A DNA stretch of 64,000 bases from Nitrososphaerota archaeon (GCA_038845265.1 JAWBQR010000001.1:96001-160000); one strand, 5' to 3'; positions 9,221-19,505 are shown, numbered from the stretch's first letter. Numbers and translations: made by a program. The notes: a model not told the origin generated them from the letters alone.

Positions 9221-9770
9221 AAACTTTTTCTTTGATGATCTCTATTGTTACCGCATTTTCTGCTATATGGAAGAATGGATGAATATTTATTCTATTGAAG
9301 ATGGATTGTACATAATGAGCTATTAAAAGTGACCCCTTAAGGCCAAATTGATGCACAAGCGATATTGTTAATTTTTCATGTGTATCAACCTCATTATACT
9401 CAAATAGATTTCCATATCTTGACAAGTCACGTAGATGACTAATAATATTGTCGAGAGTTAGTGCCCCATACTTTACTAATATTATTGATTCGGCTATGTT
9501 CTCCCCTGAAATTTGTCCAACTTTTATAATCATACTCTCATGAATTGCTTCCAATAAATATCTAAGTAGCTGCCCCGGTATCTTTATAGTGTGCATCGTC
9601 TTTGAGTACCTCTCAAAGTTTACATATGAATCAATGAGATGATTCATCAGTGTATTAACACTTATACGCTGCTTTTCAGCATCCTCTTGAATTACCCTAA
9701 AGGCCTGTTCAGAAAATCTAAAAGACCTAGTTATTGTCTCATCTGTAGCTGGCAAGACGAGTCTTTTCAA
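9219..9770 (-). CDS. Putative transcription regulator: N-terminal ribbon-helix-helix plus C-terminal ligand-binding-like domain
   Basis: TITRSFRFSEQAFRVIQEDAEKQRISVNTLMNHLI fits an RHH. The C-terminal LVHQFGLKGS resembles a family expanded in thaumarchaea. Confidence 0.65.
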   Translation of the reverse strand: MKRLVLPATDETITRSFRFSEQAFRVIQEDAEKQRISVNTLMNHLIDSYVNFERYSKTMHTIKIPGQLLRYLLEAIHESMIIKVGQISGENIAESIILVKYGALTLDNIISHLRDLSRYGNLFEYNEVDTHEKLTISLVHQFGLKGSLLIAHYVQSIFNRINIHPFFHIAENAVTIEIIKEKV

Positions 9771-9913
9771 TATATAATCATAGTTGTTTTTATTCTTTTA
9801 AAGAAACTCTAGTTATGACCCTACAATTAAATGGTGTCTGGATGTTGAGAGCGAATATTTAATTAGTGTTTATAAAGTAGCTGGGATTGAAGTTATATTT
9901 TGGGTGAGTAAGT

Positions 9914-11584
9914 CTCGGCAAGTGGCTAGTATGCGCGGCCTGGCCATACATAAACAATTTGCCTCACCTAGGCACACTTATAGGTTCCGTCCTCTCTGCT
10001 GATGTCTTCGCACGATACCTGAGACTTAGGGGTGAAGAAGTCTTATTCGTTAGTGGCTCAGATGAGCACGGCACACCCATCGAAATTGAAGCAATAAAGA
10101 GGAGAGTCCATCCAAAGACACTTACAGACGAAGTACACTCGTTGGTCACAGACTTATTCAAGAGATTTTCAATATCATTTGATAATTATACTCGTACTCA
10201 TAACGATATTCATATCAATTTTTGTAGGGAGTTATTTTTACGAATCTATGAGAAAGGTTTTATCTATGCGAGAGATGTGGATCAGCTCTTCTGCGAGACT
10301 TGCAAAAGATTTCTGCCAGACAGGTTTGTAATTGGCACTTGCCCTAAGTGTGGATACCCATCGGCTAGGGGAGACCAGTGCGAGAATTGCGGAATTGTAC
10401 TTGAGCCTCTTGAACTAGTGGACTATAGGTGTAGTATTTGTGGCTCGATTCCGGTGATAAAGAAAACGAAGCATTGGTACTTTGACCTTCCTCGTTTCTC
10501 AGAGAAGTTGCGGACGATGATTTTAAATAATGATAGGCTGCCAGAAAATGCGAAGAATTTCTCTCTTAGCTGGATTAATGAAGGGTTAAGGCCGAGGGCG
10601 GTAACTAGGGATAATCAATGGGGCATACCTGCCCCATTTCCAGGAGCTGAGGGGAAGACGATTTATGTCTGGTTTGAGGCCGTCATAGGCTATGTCACAG
10701 CAACAATTGAATGGTCATTAATGCGCGGCAATCAAGAATTATGGAAAAAATACTGGTTAGACCCTGAGACGAAGAGTGTATACTTTATCGGTAAAGACAA
10801 TATACCGTTTCACACAATCATTCTGCCTGCTCTCCTCATGGCTTATGATGAGAGATTCGTCCTTCCCTGGAATGTATCGTCCACTGAATACCTAATGTTT
10901 GAAGGACAGAAGTTCTCCAAAAGTCGAGGCGTAGGTATATGGCTTGACCAAGCCCTTAGCTACTTCCCCGCTGACTATTGGCGATATTACCTTATCAAGA
11001 TAAGGCCTGAAAAGAGCGATACAAACTTTAGCTGGGACGATTTTCAAAAGACAATCAACAATGACCTTAATGATAATATTGGTAACTTCGTACATAGGGT
11101 CTTAACCTTCATCTATAACCACTATGGTGGTGAGATTCCTAAACCTCACGCCTTCGATGAATCCGACAATGACCTGTTATCACACATTAAAGCCACACCT
11201 ATAGAGTCTGGCAGATACCTAGACGAACTAAAGATGAGGCAGGCACTTGAAGTGATAACTGAGCTGTCTAGCCAAGGAAATGTATACCTGACCAGGAAGG
11301 AGCCCTGGCACTCAATAAAAAAAGAGCCCGAGAAAGCGGAGACAACATTATATGTCGCGTCTCAAGTGGTTAAAAGTCTCTCGATTCTTCTAGAACCCTT
11401 CATTCCTGAATCAGCTGCAAAGATAAGGGATATGCTTGACTTGAAAATTCAGGAACGAGACGCGTGGTTCAGTGCTGGTGAAACACCTCTTAGGCCCGGA
11501 CATAAGATAAATAGGCCTAAACCCTTATTTGAAAAGATACCAGACAGTAAAATCGCGGAATTAAAAAACAAAACTAAAGGTTAA
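9914..11584 (+). CDS. metG: Methionyl-tRNA synthetase (start codon uncertain)
   Basis: In-frame LGKWLVCAAWPYINNLPHLGT, GSDEHGTPI, Zn knuckles, YVWFEA, GKDNIPFH and KFSKS. The conserved region extends upstream of the TTG at 9959. Confidence 0.95.
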   Translation, partial: LGKWLVCAAWPYINNLPHLGTLIGSVLSADVFARYLRLRGEEVLFVSGSDEHGTPIEIEAIKRRVHPKTLTDEVHSLVTDLFKRFSISFDNYTRTHNDIHINFCRELFLRIYEKGFIYARDVDQLFCETCKRFLPDRFVIGTCPKCGYPSARGDQCENCGIVLEPLELVDYRCSICGSIPVIKKTKHWYFDLPRFSEKLRTMILNNDRLPENAKNFSLSWINEGLRPRAVTRDNQWGIPAPFPGAEGKTIYVWFEAVIGYVTATIEWSLMRGNQELWKKYWLDPETKSVYFIGKDNIPFHTIILPALLMAYDERFVLPWNVSSTEYLMFEGQKFSKSRGVGIWLDQALSYFPADYWRYYLIKIRPEKSDTNFSWDDFQKTINNDLNDNIGNFVHRVLTFIYNHYGGEIPKPHAFDESDNDLLSHIKATPIESGRYLDELKMRQALEVITELSSQGNVYLTRKEPWHSIKKEPEKAETTLYVASQVVKSLSILLEPFIPESAAKIRDMLDLKIQERDAWFSAGETPLRPGHKINRPKPLFEKIPDSKIAELKNKTKG

Positions 11585-11631
11585 CATTTCAGTAAATAAT
11601 TAATTGTTTAAGGATGAGTATTGCCCCTTTT

Positions 11632-12765
11632 TCAGCTTCTGAGCCTTTTTATGCCTAGCTCCGCTATCAGTTTCTCTAGTTCGTCCTCCTCCCTCTCATG
11701 TATCGACTCATCTGGCACTTGATGAGTTTTTGACTCTATTTTGTGTGATTCATCGGCATTCAGGTTTACTACTGGTTCTGATTCGCCGATCGAGGTAACT
11801 GATACGCTTGATATTCCTGTCAGTATCAGGGCGACCTGCATCGTCGAGGCATAATAGTTATCGATTCTTGCTCCCCAAACGACTAGTCCTTCATCACCCA
11901 TGAGTTCCGATATTATTTCTGGCGGTCTAGAGGCTTCCTTAAGCTTCATGTCTTCCCCTCCAGTTACATGGACGATAGCCGCGGTTATTCCATCAAAGGT
12001 ACCCTCAAGCAGTGGCGATTGAAGCGCGTTAAAGGTAGCTTCTTCTGCCCTGTTAGGCGAACTGCTCCTTCCAATTCCAAGAGATGCTAGCTTTCCCTGA
12101 CTAACAACTGCTTTAAAGTCTTCAAAGTCAATATTGATCAAACTAGGCTTTACAATAGATTCTGTAATGCTAAGAATCATGTTGTTGATTACTTCATCAG
12201 CTAGTGAAAAGGCCGTCTTAAGGTTATATTGTGGATACAACTCGAGTAGCCTGTTATTATCGATGACCACTACAGTATTAGTATACTTTTGTAGTTCTTC
12301 AAGGCCTTTTATCGCTATTCTTCGCCTAACATTTCCCTCAAACCTGAAAGGCATCGTGACAACGCCTACAACGATAGCGCCCAGTTCTTTCGCAACCTTC
12401 GCAACTAGGGGAGCTGCACCTGTCCCTGTGCCTCCACCAAGCCCTGCCGCTATGAATACTAAGTCAGAGTCTTGTAATGCTCCGCGAATTTCTTCAATTG
12501 ATTCCTCCGCAGCCACTCTTCCAATTTCTGGATTACCACCAGCTCCATGAAACTTGGTTACGGACGGGCCCAAAAGAATTTTTTGATGGGCCCTTATCGT
12601 GTCTAAATGTTGTTTATCAGTATTTGCTGCTATTGTCACTGCGCCATACAGCCCGCCAGTGACGAGCCTATTTACAGTGTTACATCCAGCGCCTCCTACT
12701 CCAATTAGCTTTAGTCTAACCCCATCAACATCATCCGTGTACGTCTGCAGTAAGGGCTCACTCAC
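11632..12765 (-). CDS. ftsZ: Cell division protein FtsZ
   Basis: [16 protein letters not shown], tubulin signature [15 protein letters not shown] and T7 loop INIDFED. Confidence 0.95.
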   Translation of the reverse strand: MSEPLLQTYTDDVDGVRLKLIGVGGAGCNTVNRLVTGGLYGAVTIAANTDKQHLDTIRAHQKILLGPSVTKFHGAGGNPEIGRVAAEESIEEIRGALQDSDLVFIAAGLGGGTGTGAAPLVAKVAKELGAIVVGVVTMPFRFEGNVRRRIAIKGLEELQKYTNTVVVIDNNRLLELYPQYNLKTAFSLADEVINNMILSITESIVKPSLINIDFEDFKAVVSQGKLASLGIGRSSSPNRAEEATFNALQSPLLEGTFDGITAAIVHVTGGEDMKLKEASRPPEIISELMGDEGLVVWGARIDNYYASTMQVALILTGISSVSVTSIGESEPVVNLNADESHKIESKTHQVPDESIHEREEDELEKLIAELGIKRLRS

Positions 12766-12904
12766 TTGTCCTTGCCTCCTCCTTTATAAAGTCCCTCACA
12801 GCCATCCTGATAGCTTCCGCACGATTTGGATAAAGACGCCTTCTAACAAGTTCGTCTATAGCTTCTAAGTATGCTTCAGGTAAGTGAACCGTCACTACTC
12901 TCAT
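12758..12904 (-). CDS. cdrS: Ribbon-helix-helix regulator, CdrS-like
   Basis: [40 protein letters not shown]; GGGTGA RBS 5 nt before the ATG at 12904; overlaps the ftsZ start. Confidence 0.8.
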   Translation of the reverse strand: MRVVTVHLPEAYLEAIDELVRRRLYPNRAEAIRMAVRDFIKEEARTSE

Positions 12905-13032
12905 TCTAATCACCCTGAGGGTAGCTAGAATGTGAATTAGGGAAAAAGATTGGTAATACATCGATTAACGCATAATATGACGCTCCACGCTAAGACCGCG
13001 TATTCTGTTGCATTTTATGATAATTCTATATA

Positions 13033-13449
13033 TTGGAATCGAGATATTCTATCCTAAAAATGCGCAACGAGGAGGAAGACGAGATACGTGAAGTGATCGA
13101 GCTCATAAATAGCAGTATTGATAATAATACATTGATTCTAGTTGAAGGCGTGACGGACCTCAGGGCTCTACAAGAAGCAGGCATCAACGCTAAGATCTTT
13201 ACACTTTTTGACTTTTACAAGTGGATGGACTCGGAACAACATGGCAAGGCTTTTAGAGTCATTGCCATGCTAGACCTAGATAGGGAAGGAGAATCAACGT
13301 TAAGAAAATTGAAGAATAAATACTCAAACATTGTCAATTTTGATGAGCTCCCAAGAAAGAAATTAAGGATGACGAACAGGTATAAGAAGGGGTTAAGAAC
13401 AATTTATCAATTGTTTAATGTGTCAAATAAAGGGAATGAATATGTCTGA
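13033..13449 (+). CDS. Small TOPRIM-domain protein
   Basis: ILVEGVTD and MLDLDREG TOPRIM motifs. The start may be the ATG at 13060. Confidence 0.85.
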   Translation: MESRYSILKMRNEEEDEIREVIELINSSIDNNTLILVEGVTDLRALQEAGINAKIFTLFDFYKWMDSEQHGKAFRVIAMLDLDREGESTLRKLKNKYSNIVNFDELPRKKLRMTNRYKKGLRTIYQLFNVSNKGNEYV

Positions 13450-15778
13450 GATAGAATTGATGCCAAAAATTGGTGAAAAAGTCTGGAACCCATCGATTGA
13501 GATTTTAATCATGAATGAGTGGGAGAAATCGAAAATTTACCATTTTAATAAGAAAACTAGAAAGAAAATATTCGTTATAGACACTCCTCCACCATACCCC
13601 TCAGGTAGGCCGTGGCATATAGGAGCAGCCGCGCAGTACGCCCAGATTGATATGATTGCAAGAACTGCCCGAATGATGGGCTACGAAGTGAGATTCCCAA
13701 TAGGGATCGATAGGAATGGAATACCAGTAGAAAAATATGTTGAACGCGAGCTAGGCGTAAGATTAACCGATGTCCCTCGGGAAGAGTTCTTGAGGTTATG
13801 CTCAGAAGCGTTGGATAAACTTGAGGACGAGATGATAAATATAATGAGGAGAATGGGTCTCTCCGGAGAACTCACTAATCATTATCGGACTGATTCAGAG
13901 GAGTACAGAGCCATTACCCAAGCTACCTTCATAGAGCTTTTCAAAAAAGGATTGATATACACTTCATCTAGGCCGAACAATTATTGCTGGGAGTGCGGCA
14001 CAACTGTTGCGGACGCCGAGGTGGATTATAGAGAAACAACTACACAGTTAATCTACATGAGGTTCACAGTAAAAGAAACAAATGAAAAAATAATAGTTGC
14101 TTCAACACGTCCGGAACTTTTATGTGCATGCAGGGCAGTCATATATAATCCAGAAGATAGTCGATATCTCAATTTATCAGGAAAGACGGCAATAGTGCCT
14201 CTTTACGGCCATGAGGTCCCCATATTTCCTCACAAGGCAGCTAGACCTGAATTCGGAAGCGGCCTTGTAATGGTGTGTAGTTATGGTGACCAGACAGACG
14301 TACAGCTCTTCAGAGAGCTTGGCTTAAGGGAGGTTATAGCGATAGATACAAGCGGCAAGATGACTGAGGCGGCTGGACCACTCAAGGGACTGCCAGTAAA
14401 AGAAGCTAGGTTGAAAATAGTCGATCTTCTACAGGCATCCGGAGACATAGAAAAGATTGAAAGTATAACTCATAGCGAACCAATCTGCGAAAGATCAGGA
14501 ACCCCGATTGAGATAATCCCCATGAACGAGTACTATCTCAGGCAGCTTGAATTCAAAGAAGAATTATTAAGAATTATTGAAAAAATGAAATTTCATCCAC
14601 CATTTCATCGCCAATTGCTGATTGATTGGATTAAGTCCTTGACTATTGACTGGCCCATCTCAAGGCGGCGGTATTATGCTACAGAAATTCCAATCTGGTA
14701 TTGTAGAGTATGTGGGGAGCCCCATACACCGGAGCCAGACAGATATTATAGACCTTGGGTCGAGAATGCACCATTTGAGAAATGTCTGAAATGTGGTTCG
14801 AGTGAATTCATTGGAGAGGAGAGAACGTTCGATACGTGGATGGATTCTAGCATCACGCCACTATTTGTAAGTGGCTATAGAAGAGATATGGACTTATTCA
14901 GGAGAGCATACCCAACAGGGATAAGACCGCAGGGAAAAGATATCGTTAGGACTTGGCTATATTACACGATACTTAGGTGCTACCAGCTTACCGGAAAACC
15001 ACCATTCAAACACGTATGGATCGGTGGATTAGGATTGGATGAAAAAGGAGAAAAGATGAGTAAGAGTAGAGGAAACGTTATTGATCCAGGCCCAATACTT
15101 GAGAAATATGGTGCAGACGTTTTTAGGTACTGGTCAGCTCAAGAGGCAAGCCTAGGCTATGACTTTAGAATCTCCGAACAGAGAATTGCATCAGCTGGAA
15201 GATTCTTAACCAAGCTCTGGAATATAGCTAGGTTCGTATCTCAGTTTCCATATCCACGAAGAGCAAAATTGTCGCCAACTGATAGGTGGATACTGGCAGA
15301 GCTCAATAAGCTAGTTAATGAATGCATCGATGGATATAATTCATTTAACTTCTTCATCCCTGCGACTCGTATAAGAGACTTTCTCTGGAATACATTTGCT
15401 GATCATTACATAGAGATGGTTAAAGGCAGAGCATTGATGCGTGGAGAAAAAAAATCGTCTGCGAGGGCTGCTTGGTATACTTTACATACCTGCTTAAAGA
15501 CGTGCCTAATACTGCTGGCACCTATAGCTCCCTTCATCACTGAGTATATATGGAGGACACTTTATTCAAAGAAGAGCATACACCTGCAGAGGTTGCCAAC
15601 TAAACGAAGGGTCAGCAAGTTGATAGTTTATACCGATAAGATTAAGGAATTCAACAGTAATGTATGGAGAATTAAAAAACTTCAAAACCTCTCACTTAGA
15701 GACCCAATAAAAATCGAGATACCTAAAGAGCTAAAGCCATTTGAAGATGATCTAAGAAGGATGCACAACATTACCTAA
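13442..15778 (+). CDS. valS: Valyl-tRNA synthetase
   Basis: IDTPPPYPSG, HIGH-equivalent HIGA, STRPELL, DWPISRRR, FDTWMDSS, RPQGKDI and KMSKS. Confidence 0.96.
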   Translation: MSEIELMPKIGEKVWNPSIEILIMNEWEKSKIYHFNKKTRKKIFVIDTPPPYPSGRPWHIGAAAQYAQIDMIARTARMMGYEVRFPIGIDRNGIPVEKYVERELGVRLTDVPREEFLRLCSEALDKLEDEMINIMRRMGLSGELTNHYRTDSEEYRAITQATFIELFKKGLIYTSSRPNNYCWECGTTVADAEVDYRETTTQLIYMRFTVKETNEKIIVASTRPELLCACRAVIYNPEDSRYLNLSGKTAIVPLYGHEVPIFPHKAARPEFGSGLVMVCSYGDQTDVQLFRELGLREVIAIDTSGKMTEAAGPLKGLPVKEARLKIVDLLQASGDIEKIESITHSEPICERSGTPIEIIPMNEYYLRQLEFKEELLRIIEKMKFHPPFHRQLLIDWIKSLTIDWPISRRRYYATEIPIWYCRVCGEPHTPEPDRYYRPWVENAPFEKCLKCGSSEFIGEERTFDTWMDSSITPLFVSGYRRDMDLFRRAYPTGIRPQGKDIVRTWLYYTILRCYQLTGKPPFKHVWIGGLGLDEKGEKMSKSRGNVIDPGPILEKYGADVFRYWSAQEASLGYDFRISEQRIASAGRFLTKLWNIARFVSQFPYPRRAKLSPTDRWILAELNKLVNECIDGYNSFNFFIPATRIRDFLWNTFADHYIEMVKGRALMRGEKKSSARAAWYTLHTCLKTCLILLAPIAPFITEYIWRTLYSKKSIHLQRLPTKRRVSKLIVYTDKIKEFNSNVWRIKKLQNLSLRDPIKIEIPKELKPFEDDLRRMHNIT

Positions 15779-15832
15779 CTACAGCGTCTAAAGCCAACAT
15801 TTTTATAGTGTAATCATTAGTTTTTCTCCAGG

Positions 15833-17236
15833 ATGGCCTCATACTTTAGCAAGGTATCAAGCAATGATGTAGAGTACTTGGAAAAGCTTTGCGGTTCAAA
15901 CAACGTAAGCATTGCCGAAGAAGATTTAGTGACGAATGCAATTGATGCACAGCTAGGCGGATTCCATAGGCCTGAAGTAGTTGTATGGCCAGAAAATTCG
16001 GAGCAAATCTCAAAGATATTGAAATACGCTGATGAGAAGAAAATCCCCGTCTACCCCAGGGGAGGGGGGACAGGACTTACGGGCACGGTCCCGATCTATC
16101 GCGGTATTGTCGTCAATATGAAAAAGATGAATAAGATAATTGAAGTCGACGAGGATAACATGCAGACTAGGGTGCAGCCAGGAATAGTTTACGACAACCT
16201 GAACAGAGAGTTGGAGCGCTATGGACTATTTTTCCCTCCTGACCCATCGAGTGGAGCTTCATGCACAGTTGGTGGAATGGTGGCATCCAATGCCTCTGGG
16301 CTGAAGGCCGTGAAATATGGAACGACGAGAGAATACGTCCTAGGATTTGAAGCCGCTTTTCCCAAGAATGGACTCTTGAGGCTAGGTACAAAGACGTTCA
16401 AGTATTCACTAGGTTTTGACATTGTTAAGATGCTTGTGGGATCGCAGGGCACATTAGCTATTTTTACCGAGGTCACCTTAAGGCTCAGACCTCTGCCCGA
16501 AAGCATGGCTACAGTTGCCGCATTCTTTAAATCCATAGCCGAGGCAAATAGGACTATCTATAACATTGTCAGGCGTGGATTAGATGTCGCAGCGCTCGAA
16601 TTCATGGATAAATCGACTATGAATGCCGTTTCTGAGTTTAAGAAAATTAATTTTCCAGACGCCGAGGCAATGCTATTGATAGAGACTCATGGATGCGAGA
16701 AGACTGTATCAGAAGAATTGGGGAGATGCATCAATATTGTTAAACAGAATGGGGGGTTTGAGATATGGCATGCGACTAGTAAGGAAGAAAGGGAAAGGCT
16801 CTGGGCGGCGCGTAAAGGCGCCTATCCATCTGTTCTGAAGCTCGGACGATACACGTTGATCAGCGACGTCATCATTCCACTCTCAAGACTAGTGGAGGCT
16901 GTTCAGAAAGCGTATGATATAGGCAATAAGTATGGACTGAAGACATCATGTATAGGGCACTTCGGTGATGGGAACCTTCATGTCAACTGGGGAACAGATA
17001 AAAGCATCGAGGACCTCCACAGGGCAAACGACGAGCTGAATCGATGGGTAATCTCAATCGGAGGAGCCGTGTCCGGCGAACACGGTATAGGGACCGAGAA
17101 GAAAGCATACATGAAACTCCAGCACGGCGAATCATATAATATGATGATTAAAATTAAGAGATTATTGGATCCAAACTTTATTCTCTCACCTGGGATAATC
17201 TTCGAATTAGAGGATCTATTATCATCGAGTGGTTAG
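15833..17236 (+). CDS. FAD-linked oxidase, GlcD/D-lactate dehydrogenase family
   Basis: PRGGGTGL, FPPDPSS, KYGTTREYVLG, GSQGTL, GHFGDGNLH and SGEHGIG. Confidence 0.92.
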   Translation: MASYFSKVSSNDVEYLEKLCGSNNVSIAEEDLVTNAIDAQLGGFHRPEVVVWPENSEQISKILKYADEKKIPVYPRGGGTGLTGTVPIYRGIVVNMKKMNKIIEVDEDNMQTRVQPGIVYDNLNRELERYGLFFPPDPSSGASCTVGGMVASNASGLKAVKYGTTREYVLGFEAAFPKNGLLRLGTKTFKYSLGFDIVKMLVGSQGTLAIFTEVTLRLRPLPESMATVAAFFKSIAEANRTIYNIVRRGLDVAALEFMDKSTMNAVSEFKKINFPDAEAMLLIETHGCEKTVSEELGRCINIVKQNGGFEIWHATSKEERERLWAARKGAYPSVLKLGRYTLISDVIIPLSRLVEAVQKAYDIGNKYGLKTSCIGHFGDGNLHVNWGTDKSIEDLHRANDELNRWVISIGGAVSGEHGIGTEKKAYMKLQHGESYNMMIKIKRLLDPNFILSPGIIFELEDLLSSSG

Positions 17237-17239
17237 GAG

Positions 17240-18469
17240 ATGAAGAATATGGATGCATTAGATGAATTGTTAGGCGATTACTTAAATGATGTATTGAAGT
17301 GTGTCAGGTGTGGATTCTGTAACAGCGTCTGTCCGACATCCAATACTTCGTTCTCATACAAGGATTCAAAGACGTCACGGGGCAGAATAGTACTCCTGCA
17401 GGCTAAGCACTATAATGTTCTTGGCATGACAATCGGTAGCGAAGAATTTCAAGAGCTCATGGATCTCTGTTTCGGTTGTAGAAGATGTTTGGAGGTCTGT
17501 CCGGCAGGAGTTAGAATTCCCCAAGTAATATGGCGAGCAAAGAGTGCCGGAAGTTTCAAACTCAGTAAAATAATATTCGCAAACTATGGCTTATTTGAGA
17601 AGCTTGGATCTACATTTCCGTCTCTCTCAAACACGTTGATCAAGAGCAAGATGGGTAGGTCGCTTCTCGAGGCTATGGCTGGGATAAAGCAGGAGGCACC
17701 ATTTCCAAGCTTTCAGGACGATACACTCGAGAGATACATTAGGGAACGAGGGGTAAAGTCTGGGAGCCGAGGTAGACTTGCATACTTCATTGATGTCTAT
17801 ACAAATTATCACGAGGTTGAGTTGGGAAAAAAGGCAGTCCAGACGTTAGAGAGGCTTGGATATTCAGTAGAGGCACCAAGACAGAGGGAGGCTGGGACAC
17901 TTGCATTAGAGTGTGGCGCATTAGAGAATGCCATTAAAATTGCTAGATTTAACGTCGATAGTTTTTATGAATCTGTAAATCGTGGAGCGAAGATAATAAC
18001 GACTTCTCCTGCCGCTTATGTTGCTTTAAAAATAGACTATCCTGAACTCCTATGTGATGAAAAATCTAGAGTAGTGGCTGAGAATACGTTAGACATTGTT
18101 GAGCTACTTCTAAATGAGTACGATGCGGGTTCTATTGACTTTACTGATAGAGATAGTGAAGCGGTCTATCATCATAGCTGCTTCACTAAGGCATCACATT
18201 TGACTAACCATGTTAAGAGACTCCTAGAATTAGCCGGTTATAGGTTATTGGAGCTTGATGAATGCTGCGGAGTCGCGGGAGTATGGGGACTCAGCAAGAA
18301 GCACTATAAAGAATCTATAGAGATAGGTTCAAAGCTCTTTTCAAAGATAGATGAAGTCAGGCGGCCCGTCTTTTCTCAAAGCGAAACATGTAGACTACAG
18401 ATTAGGCATCATACAAAGTCAGTCGTAATGCATCCATTAGAAGGAGTAATGGACAGGATAAAACTATAA
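17240..18469 (+). CDS. Fe-S oxidoreductase, GlcF/GlpC family
   Basis: Two CxxCxxCxxxCP ferredoxin motifs plus a CCG domain (ECCGVAG); adjacent to the GlcD-like gene. Confidence 0.88.
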   Translation: MKNMDALDELLGDYLNDVLKCVRCGFCNSVCPTSNTSFSYKDSKTSRGRIVLLQAKHYNVLGMTIGSEEFQELMDLCFGCRRCLEVCPAGVRIPQVIWRAKSAGSFKLSKIIFANYGLFEKLGSTFPSLSNTLIKSKMGRSLLEAMAGIKQEAPFPSFQDDTLERYIRERGVKSGSRGRLAYFIDVYTNYHEVELGKKAVQTLERLGYSVEAPRQREAGTLALECGALENAIKIARFNVDSFYESVNRGAKIITTSPAAYVALKIDYPELLCDEKSRVVAENTLDIVELLLNEYDAGSIDFTDRDSEAVYHHSCFTKASHLTNHVKRLLELAGYRLLELDECCGVAGVWGLSKKHYKESIEIGSKLFSKIDEVRRPVFSQSETCRLQIRHHTKSVVMHPLEGVMDRIKL

Positions 18470-18529
18470 CGAATAAATGCGAGAAAATTTAATACGGGCA
18501 GGTGAAAGTTATTGCTCGGTTATTAGAGT

Positions 18530-18601
18530 AGCCCGGGAGGGGATTCGAACCCCTGTAAAGCGGCTCTGCAGGCCGCCGCCTAGCCGCTCGGCCACCCGGG
18601 C
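18530..18601 (-). tRNA. tRNA-Cys(GCA)
   Basis: Acceptor GCCCGGG/CCCGGGC, anticodon arm GCGGC-CT-GCA-GA-GCCGC, GGTTCGAATCC T-arm, U discriminator. Confidence 0.96.
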
Positions 18602-18655
18602 CAGAAATTCTATGCAAAAACACTAATAAAAAGTTTAACGAATATAATATCTGCC

Positions 18656-18756
18656 GCGGGGGTAGCCAAGTCTGGCCAAAGGCGACGGGCTTAAGATCTC
18701 GTTGATAAGGCACCCGTTCCCGTAGGGGTTCGTGGGTTCGAATCCCACCCCCCGCA
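18656..18756 (+). tRNA. tRNA-Leu(TAA) with a 16-nt intron at 37/38 (18696-18711)
   Basis: Acceptor GCGGGGG/CCCCCGC; ACGGG-CT-TAA-G[ATCTCGTTGATAAGGC]A-CCCGT; CTTA/TAAG central helix with two 3-nt bulges (BHB); long variable arm. Confidence 0.95.
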
Positions 18757-18904
18757 CTGATTTTCTGAATCACCATGTAAAATTTCATGAAGTGTCTTTA
18801 TAAACTCATAATCCTAAATCATTTTGAGAATATGCTCAAAATCCAGTATCGAGTGATGGTTTTTAGTGGTTGATGAATTCTACATTACTTATTCTTGATG
18901 AATA

Positions 18905-19465
18905 ATGAAAAGTTTAATTGAGGATCAATCAGAAATTTTGTGTGTGGAATCATTAAGCGAGAATTTGAGACGAAAAATTAATGATTTCCTAAGTCGTCCA
19001 CTTATTGCCAAGATCGCTACCATAAATGCCGATGGATCACCGCATGTTGTACCTGTCATATATAGTTGGGATGGCATGAACCTATACCTGATTGGTAGAA
19101 AACGTGCATCTTGGATTGAAAACATCAGAAGGGATCCTAGAGTTGCTGTATTAGTAGACGACCCCAATCCACCAAATTCAAGAGTACTCATCCAAGGTGA
19201 AGCGATGATAGTAGGAACCGACTGGGTTGAGATGGGGAAGAAAATGCTAGAAAAATATATGGGAAAAGAAATGAGCCAAAAGTATCTTGAAGGAACTATT
19301 GATCAACCAAGATGGATAATCAAGATTGTCCCTAAGAAAATTACTAGCTGGATTATTTCAGAAAAAGACGCTGTTACTAGGAAAGCATGGCATCCCAGAT
19401 ACTACGAGCCCGGCACAAAATGGTATGAAGAATACATCAAAGAAGTTGGCTCATTTAAGTCATAA
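18905..19465 (+). CDS. Pyridoxamine 5'-phosphate oxidase-like (PPOX class, flavin/F420-binding) protein
   Basis: IATINADGSPHVVPV and NIRRDPRVAVLVD. Confidence 0.85.
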   Translation: MKSLIEDQSEILCVESLSENLRRKINDFLSRPLIAKIATINADGSPHVVPVIYSWDGMNLYLIGRKRASWIENIRRDPRVAVLVDDPNPPNSRVLIQGEAMIVGTDWVEMGKKMLEKYMGKEMSQKYLEGTIDQPRWIIKIVPKKITSWIISEKDAVTRKAWHPRYYEPGTKWYEEYIKEVGSFKS

Positions 19466-19505
19466 AATATCCAACCAGACTCATAGCTTCAAAATATTTA
19501 TGGGC

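Noticed and set aside
18489-18788. 99-aa ORF
   Set aside because: It overlaps two tRNA genes.
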